This document shows, piece by piece, positions 40,325 through 45,961 of a stretch of 45,961 nt of DNA; positions within the stretch are counted from its first letter, which is position 1, and every line of letters starts with the position of its first letter. The notes beneath the pieces are model-generated. The model had not been told where the DNA came from. It saw only the letters and a list, made by a program, of their open reading frames with translations, and made no database searches. Position numbers and translations under genes: made by a program. The DNA comes from Desulfobacteraceae bacterium (GTDB taxonomy: Bacteria; Desulfobacterota; DSM-4660; Desulfatiglandales; HGW-15), in the NCBI GenBank assembly GCA_050115555.1, contig JASFQI010000002.1:1-45961 (forward strand). Reading direction: 5' to 3'.

Positions 40325-43300
40325 GTGGGGGCCGTTGAACGAGCCATTCGACTTCCTGTGACCGTGTCCGTGGGCGCGGCCCTGATCATCCTGTTCGGAT
40401 TCATCAGCCTGTTCCGCGTCCCGGTCCAGCTCACGCCGGATGTGGAGAAACCCAAGATCAGCGTGCGCACCACTTGGCGCGGGGCAAGCCCCGAGGAGGT
40501 CGAAAAAGAGATCATTATTCCCCAGGAGGACAAGCTCAAGACCCTCGAGGGCCTCCTCGAGATGGAGAGCGAGAGTCGCGAAAGCCTGGGTGATGTCACA
40601 TTGACCTTTGCGCTGGAAACGGACATGGACGCGGCCATCCTCAAGGTGTCCAACAAGTTGAACCAGGTGCCGAGCTACCCGGACAACGTGGAAAAACCGA
40701 TCATCGTTTCGGCGAGCGAGCAGCGGGAGGCCATCGCTTACCTGATTCTTCGAAAGACCCGGGGCGACCCGGCCGACATCGACTTTGAGAAAACATATGC
40801 GGAGAACTTCATCAAACCGCGGCTGGAGCGGGTCCCCGGGGTGGGACTCGTGGAGCAGTTCGGTGGGAGGGAGCAGGAGCTTCAGGTGATCCTCGAGCCG
40901 GATGCACTCGCTACCTTCCAACTGACCGTCGATGATGTGACGTCCGCCATTCGCCGGGAGAACCGCAACACGACCGGCGGGGACTTCGACGAGGGCAAGC
41001 GCCGGTATCTGCTGCGCGTGCTGGGCGAGTACCGCGCGCCCCGGGATGTGGAGGAGGTGGTCATCAAGCGGGTGGACGGGGTTCCGGTGACCGTGGGCGA
41101 CGTGGGCCGGGTGAAGCTCGGTTTTGCCAAACGGAACGTCATCGTCCGGCAGCACAACGATTCCACCCTGGTCTTCAAGGTGGTCCAGACGGCCGGGACC
41201 AACGTGCTCACCGTGATGACCGGGCTCAAGGAGACCATCAAGAAACTGAACGACCAGTATCTCCAGCACCGGGGTCTGTCGCTCGAACAGGTCTACGACA
41301 CCACGGAGTACATCTACGCCTCCATCGAACGGGTACGCGACAACATATTTCTGGGAAGCGCCCTGGCCGTGATTGTCCTGCTTTTGTTCCTGCGAAGCGT
41401 CACCAGCGTGATGGTGATTGCTGTCGCCATTCCGATCAGTATCATCGGAACGTTCCTGATGATCACCCTTTTCGGACGCAACATCAATGTCATCTCCCTG
41501 GCCGGCATGAGTTTTGCCATTGGAATGGTCGTAGACAGCTCCATCGTGGTTCTGGAAAACATCTACCGCCACTATCAGGAAGGGGAGCCGCGGTATGACG
41601 CTGCACTGCACGGCACGCAGGAGGTGATCGGTGCCATTGTGGCTTCCACCTTCACCACCATTGCCGTCTTTGTGCCGGTGGTGTTTGTGGAGGAGGAAGC
41701 AGGACAGCTTTTCCGGGACATTGCCATCGCCATTGCCAGCGCGGTCTTCCTGAGCCTGTTGGTTTCGTTCACCGTGATTCCGTCCATGTCCGCGATGATC
41801 ATGAAAGGGGGACGGGGAAGGGGAAAGAGTTTCGGCCCCCTGGCCTGGGCAGGAGGCCTGGTGGCACGCGGCATCACCGGACTGGTCTCCCGGTTGATTG
41901 CCACGAGGTGGCGGCGGTTAGGGACAGTGGTGGTGCTGACCGCCCTGGCCCTAGGCACGGCTTGGACCCTCGTGCCTGAAGCAGAGTACCTTCCTGAAGG
42001 GAACCGGAACTTCGCTTTCGGCCTGCTGCTCCCGCCTCCCGGGTACAACACCGCTCAGCTCGGGGAGATCGCGGATCGAGTCGGCGAAAGGATGCGCCCG
42101 TTATGGGAGGCAAAACCCGGTTCCGAAGAGGCGGCTGCCCTGGACGGCCCCACCATTGACGACTTTTTCTTCGTGGCCTACTCTCAAAACGCCTTTATGG
42201 GATGCGATGCGCAGGATGCTTCGCGGGCCAGGGAGCTCATCCCTATTCTACAGGAGGCCTTTGCCTCGATTCCGGGCACGTACGGGATCGTTCAGCAGGG
42301 AAGTCTCTTTGCACGAGGCATCGGAGAGGGACGGTCTATCGAGGTGGAAATTACGGGTCCCGATCTCGAGACGTTGATCGCCCTGGGCGGTGAGATTTTC
42401 GGCAGGGCCAGGGCCCTGGTGCCGGGGTCCCAGATCCGACCCATACCGAGCCTGGACCTCGGCAACCCGGAGATCCAGGTGGTCCCGGATCGGGATAAGG
42501 CCTCCAAGGTGGGTTTGAGCGCGACGGACATCGGGAGGACGCTGGACGTTCTCCTGGACGGGGCCAAGGTGGACGACTATCTCCATGAGGGGGAGGAAAT
42601 CGATCTCGTGCTGCGGGGTGAAGAGGGAGAGCTCGCGCGGACACAGGATTTCGAACACGTGCTGATCCACACACCCCTGGCTGGACTCGTGCCCCTGAAC
42701 TCGGTGAGCCGATTGGAACTGGTCTCCGGCCCCAGCCAGATCAACCACATCGAGCAGCAGCGGGCGATCGTGATTCAGATCATTCCGCCTGCAGACATCT
42801 CCATGGAAAGGGCCATGGCTGTTGTGCAGAAGGAGATCCTGAATCCCATGCGAGCGAGGGGAGACCTGGACCGTGCCACCAACCTTCGGCTCACGGGAAC
42901 GGCCGATGACCTCACGCGTACACAAAACGCCCTGAAATTGAACTTCCTCCTGGCCGTGGTGATCACGTACCTCCTCATGGCCGCGTTGTTCGAGAACCTG
43001 TTTTACCCCCTGGTCATTCTGTTCAGTGTCCCCATGGCTGCGGCAGGAGGGTTCGTGGGGCTCTGGCTGGTGAACCGGTTTCTCTCCACCCAGCCCATGG
43101 ACATTTTGACCATGCTGGGATTCGTGATTCTGGTGGGTATCGTGGTGAACAACGCAATCCTGATTGTGCATCAGAGCCTGAGCTTTCTGCGGGCGGGGGG
43201 GACGGACATTAAATCGGCCGTGCAGGAGGCAGTCCGCATCCGTATCCGGCCCATTTTCATGAGCATGTTCACGAGCGTTCTGGGGATGTCCCCACTCGTC

Positions 43301-43471
43301 TTTTTTGCAGGAGCCGGGTCCGAGCTCTACCGGGGCCTGGGCTCCGTGGTCATCGGAGGTCTGGCCTTGTCCACTGTGTTTACCCTGTTCCTCATTCCCA
43401 GCCTGTTCACGCTGGTGTACGGTGTGGGTCAGCGTTTGAAACGCATTGGAGGAAAGGTGCGTGGTGATTAA
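40325..43471 (+). CDS. RND-family efflux pump inner-membrane permease (AcrB/HAE-type)
   Basis: 1048 aa. GTG 40325 is the only start after the in-frame adaptor stop, with GGAGGAGG upstream. 12-TM layout with two large periplasmic loops, and conserved GMSFAIGMVVDSSIVVLENI and GFVILVGIVVNNAILIV blocks. Confidence 0.93.
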   Translation: MGAVERAIRLPVTVSVGAALIILFGFISLFRVPVQLTPDVEKPKISVRTTWRGASPEEVEKEIIIPQEDKLKTLEGLLEMESESRESLGDVTLTFALETDMDAAILKVSNKLNQVPSYPDNVEKPIIVSASEQREAIAYLILRKTRGDPADIDFEKTYAENFIKPRLERVPGVGLVEQFGGREQELQVILEPDALATFQLTVDDVTSAIRRENRNTTGGDFDEGKRRYLLRVLGEYRAPRDVEEVVIKRVDGVPVTVGDVGRVKLGFAKRNVIVRQHNDSTLVFKVVQTAGTNVLTVMTGLKETIKKLNDQYLQHRGLSLEQVYDTTEYIYASIERVRDNIFLGSALAVIVLLLFLRSVTSVMVIAVAIPISIIGTFLMITLFGRNINVISLAGMSFAIGMVVDSSIVVLENIYRHYQEGEPRYDAALHGTQEVIGAIVASTFTTIAVFVPVVFVEEEAGQLFRDIAIAIASAVFLSLLVSFTVIPSMSAMIMKGGRGRGKSFGPLAWAGGLVARGITGLVSRLIATRWRRLGTVVVLTALALGTAWTLVPEAEYLPEGNRNFAFGLLLPPPGYNTAQLGEIADRVGERMRPLWEAKPGSEEAAALDGPTIDDFFFVAYSQNAFMGCDAQDASRARELIPILQEAFASIPGTYGIVQQGSLFARGIGEGRSIEVEITGPDLETLIALGGEIFGRARALVPGSQIRPIPSLDLGNPEIQVVPDRDKASKVGLSATDIGRTLDVLLDGAKVDDYLHEGEEIDLVLRGEEGELARTQDFEHVLIHTPLAGLVPLNSVSRLELVSGPSQINHIEQQRAIVIQIIPPADISMERAMAVVQKEILNPMRARGDLDRATNLRLTGTADDLTRTQNALKLNFLLAVVITYLLMAALFENLFYPLVILFSVPMAAAGGFVGLWLVNRFLSTQPMDILTMLGFVILVGIVVNNAILIVHQSLSFLRAGGTDIKSAVQEAVRIRIRPIFMSMFTSVLGMSPLVFFAGAGSELYRGLGSVVIGGLALSTVFTLFLIPSLFTLVYGVGQRLKRIGGKVRGD

Positions 43472-43832
43472 GACGTATCGCGTGGTCTTTCAGGGCTTGC
43501 TCACCCGGGAGACGACATTTCGAGAGAGCATGGAACGGTTGGGCGTGGAGTCTGAAACCGTGGATCGCATGCTGTCCACAGCCCCTGTTCCGATTAAGCA
43601 AGGCTTGACCCTTCGAGAGGCGCGGGTCTATGCGGAGGCCGTTCAGGAGGCGGGCGGCAGGGTTTGCATTCGGGAGCACGGAGAAGTCGTCGAGGGTGAG
43701 AACGCCCCTACGGCACCGCCCGTCCGACCGCTGAAGTCGTTCACGCGTTGTCCGGAGTGCGGATTGAAACAGGAATGGGCGGCCACGTGTGCCCGGTGCG
43801 GCTGTCGTTTAGGGCAGGAACCGGCCTCTTGA
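43461..43832 (+). CDS. Hypothetical protein: L7/L12-C-terminal-like domain plus C-terminal zinc ribbon
   Basis: GTG 43461/43464 follows GGAGGAAAGG (43448-43457) and overlaps the pump stop. IKQGLTLREARVYAEAVQEAGGRVCI resembles the ribosomal L7/L12 CTD. The C-terminus is CPEC-x10-CARC. Confidence 0.5.
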   Translation: MVIKTYRVVFQGLLTRETTFRESMERLGVESETVDRMLSTAPVPIKQGLTLREARVYAEAVQEAGGRVCIREHGEVVEGENAPTAPPVRPLKSFTRCPECGLKQEWAATCARCGCRLGQEPAS

Positions 43833-43932
43833 GCGTATCCATCCTATTCCACTTTTCTACTGGCAAGCCCGCAGGGTTCGGAAGGAGAGTTCGCAGGAAG
43901 TTTCGCCCAGGATGTAAGGAAGGGGTTTGACA

Positions 43933-44463
43933 ATGACCCGCGTGGTTGATTTCGACAAGGCACGCACCGAGGCCGCAACGCGCCGAGGCTATAGAAACTG
44001 GAAGAGCCGGTTTCGGGAGACCTTTGACATGGAAACGCGTACCGCGGACCTCTCCGATTCCACACTGGCGTTTCTGGCACGGGGAAGCGAGGAGTCGGCG
44101 TTCTACCTCTACGACCTGATCATGCACGTCCTTCACCTGGGCAGCGGGTTTGAGATCCGGGAGCTGAAAGCGGCGGACCGAATGGCGGTCATGGACCGCT
44201 ACCTGTTCGTTCTGGATCGACTTCGGTTCGAGATCATGAAGCGGCTGGATTGGCTGGAGGGCTATCCCGGAGCGGAGGTTCCCCTCGTGGAGATGTTTGT
44301 CCGCTATGAGGACATTGCACCCGGCCTCCAGGCCGGGGTCCCTGCTTTGCGGCGGACGCATCCCGCGCACGAGACCTTCGAGGCGGTGAGTGCCATCGAG
44401 AAGGAGTCGTTTATTCGAAAGCTCATCCCAGAGGCCCTGGAAACCTTTCCACGGAAGCCTTAG
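43933..44463 (+). CDS. Hypothetical protein
   Basis: ATG 43933 follows AAGGAAGGGG. 176 aa, mostly helical-looking (LYDLIMHVLHLGSGFEIRELKAADRMAVMDRYLFVLDRLRFEIMKRLDWL). No family recognised. Confidence 0.5.
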   Translation: MTRVVDFDKARTEAATRRGYRNWKSRFRETFDMETRTADLSDSTLAFLARGSEESAFYLYDLIMHVLHLGSGFEIRELKAADRMAVMDRYLFVLDRLRFEIMKRLDWLEGYPGAEVPLVEMFVRYEDIAPGLQAGVPALRRTHPAHETFEAVSAIEKESFIRKLIPEALETFPRKP

Positions 44464-44615
44464 GCTGTGGGCACCCGCCCGCGTTTTGGTGAAGCTCCGG
44501 TTCGCGTACAGAAAGAGGTATTGCAGCAGGTGGTCGAGGCGCGTTGGTAGATCCAGCAGGGAGTTTCCACGAGGGGCGCGAAGCACGCGGCGTGTGAAGC
44601 GATCCCGGATGAAAA

Positions 44616-44867
44616 CTAGGTCACCTTGAAGACCTTGTCGTTCTCCCGAACCCGGTCTTTGACCTGGACACCCACGAGGTCTCCGGTCTTCACTTCTTCC
44701 ACGGACTGGTTGTCCACCTCCATGGACGTCACGTCCTGCTCGAAGTCCGTGGTGGCTCCCTGGTAGCGGAGATGATCGCCGACGCGGATAGTCCCGGTGG
44801 CCTTGATCGCGGCCACGCTGGGCTTGGCAAAGAACTTGACGATCACGCCTACTTCCTCTTCGGCCAT
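44616..44867 (-). CDS. Small EF-Tu-domain-2-like beta-barrel protein
   Basis: Start at ATG 44867, 5 nt after AAGGGAGGGAG. 83 aa: MAEEEVGVIVKFFAKPSVAAIKATGTIRVGDHLRYQG...GDLVGVQVKDRVRENDKVFKV. It resembles translation-factor domain II. Confidence 0.55.
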   Translation of the reverse strand: MAEEEVGVIVKFFAKPSVAAIKATGTIRVGDHLRYQGATTDFEQDVTSMEVDNQSVEEVKTGDLVGVQVKDRVRENDKVFKVT

Positions 44868-45203
44868 GACTCCCTCCCTTTGCTGGAGTTCGTGAACTCG
44901 GGGATCGGGTCCACCCGCGAACAGTCCCATCCCCCTTCCTGGTCCGATCCCCGTCTCCTTTTGTCCCAGAGCATACGCCTTCACAGCCGAACCTGTCAAC
45001 GAGCGAAGAGAGGCTTTTTTTCGTGATTTCCGTGGACGTCATGGAGAGATCCTCGCTGCCATTCCCGCGTGTTCAGCTGCTCTTGAGATGGCTCCTCTCT
45101 CGCATTTCTCACACACCCTTGGCGGGATTGGGGCGAGGTTCAATCCTTCCGCATATGCCAGATTCCCATTGAAGCCGCATCGCATTTCCAGTAGGATCAT
45201 CCC

Positions 45204-45961
45204 ATGGAAACGTACAAGAAACGCCTTGCCGAGACCCTGGCCGAGACGGGCGCCCTGTTTTTCGACAAAGGACTCGTGCTCAAGGACGGGCGGCCCACCC
45301 CGTACTTCGTAAACCTTGGCATGTTCCGGACCGGCCGTCTGGCCATGGAACTGGGGGAGACCTTTGCCGGCATGATGGTCCACAAGGGGCTGGCCGACGA
45401 CGTGGACGTCATCCTGGGGCCATCGTACAAGGGAAGCGTCATCGCAGTTTCAACGGCCGTGGCACTCTACAGGGACCACGGGCGGGACCTCCTGTTCGAG
45501 TACGACCGCAAGGAGGCCAAGACACACGGAGAGGGAAGCCGAGGGGGCAGCATTCTCGTGAACCATACCCTCTTTGACGGCTGCCGGGTTTTCGTGGTGG
45601 ACGATGTGGCCACGTCCATGGGCACCAAGGTGGAGCTCATCGAACGGGTCACGCAGGAAGCGCAGGCCCGGGGCGTAACGGTTCAATGGGTCGGTGTGGG
45701 CATTGCCGTGGATCGCGAGCAGACCACGGCCGTGTATGACGCCCAGGGAAAACCCGTGCTCAAGGCGCGGGGAGAGAACGCCGTGGCCTCCTTCTCAGAG
45801 CGGACCGGGATCCCTGTGTGGAACGTGGCGGGCATTCGCGAGATTGTGGAATACCTTGCCGAAACGGGTACGCCCGTGCTCATTCGAGGGGAGAGGCATC
45901 CGATCGACGCGGACACCAGGGCGGCCTTTGACGACTATCTGGAGACCTACGGAGTGCTTTG
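45204..45961 (+). CDS. pyrE: Orotate phosphoribosyltransferase-like protein (3' end outside the window)
   Basis: The frame is open from ATG 45204 to the window end and is not in the ORF track. It has GRPTPYFVNLG and the PRPP-binding loop VFVVDDVATSMGTK. Confidence 0.7.
   Translation, partial: METYKKRLAETLAETGALFFDKGLVLKDGRPTPYFVNLGMFRTGRLAMELGETFAGMMVHKGLADDVDVILGPSYKGSVIAVSTAVALYRDHGRDLLFEYDRKEAKTHGEGSRGGSILVNHTLFDGCRVFVVDDVATSMGTKVELIERVTQEAQARGVTVQWVGVGIAVDREQTTAVYDAQGKPVLKARGENAVASFSERTGIPVWNVAGIREIVEYLAETGTPVLIRGERHPIDADTRAAFDDYLETYGVL

Overview
GC-rich (roughly 60% by eye) bacterial chromosomal segment. The gene content fits a deltaproteobacterial / Thermodesulfobacteriota-like anaerobe: four orphan CheY-type receivers, a sigma-54-type promoter, a VKOR-DsbA fusion and selenocysteine use. 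Taxonomy cannot be proven from the window alone. I can support about 45 protein genes, nearly all housekeeping: secA (3' end), argJ, manC-manB, pgi-rdgB, yggS, ttcA, tkt, kdsD, thrC, an LMW phosphatase, rlmH, hbd, uspA, der, pyrG and pyrE (5' part). There is also a minus-strand operon (M23 peptidase - small protein - THUMP methyltransferase - lepA - hemW), a thiol-redox cluster (C-N hydrolase, VKOR-DsbA fusion, TlpA-like), two tandem MotB-like genes and an RND adaptor + pump pair. I found no rRNA, tRNA, CRISPR array, transposase, integrase or recognisable defence/toxin module. Five things stand out. (1) An IscA/HesB-type selenoprotein that the ORF track splits at an in-frame UGA (8478-8480). 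(2) A ~1.1 kb gene-free, strongly self-complementary region (12409-13545) containing a 26-bp helix with two G.U pairs. (3) A ~103-nt element present twice in inverted orientation 5.4 kb apart (27461-27563 / 32938-33040). (4) A family of short-period (6-, 7-, 8-nt) tandem arrays and GGTG/CACC-rich low-complexity islands in intergenic regions, some of them dispersed repeats. (5) An LMW phosphatase whose catalytic loop lies upstream of any canonical start codon. I found no convincing novel multi-gene protein system. The best candidates for something undescribed are the non-coding elements. All coordinates and alignments were done by hand and need computational confirmation.
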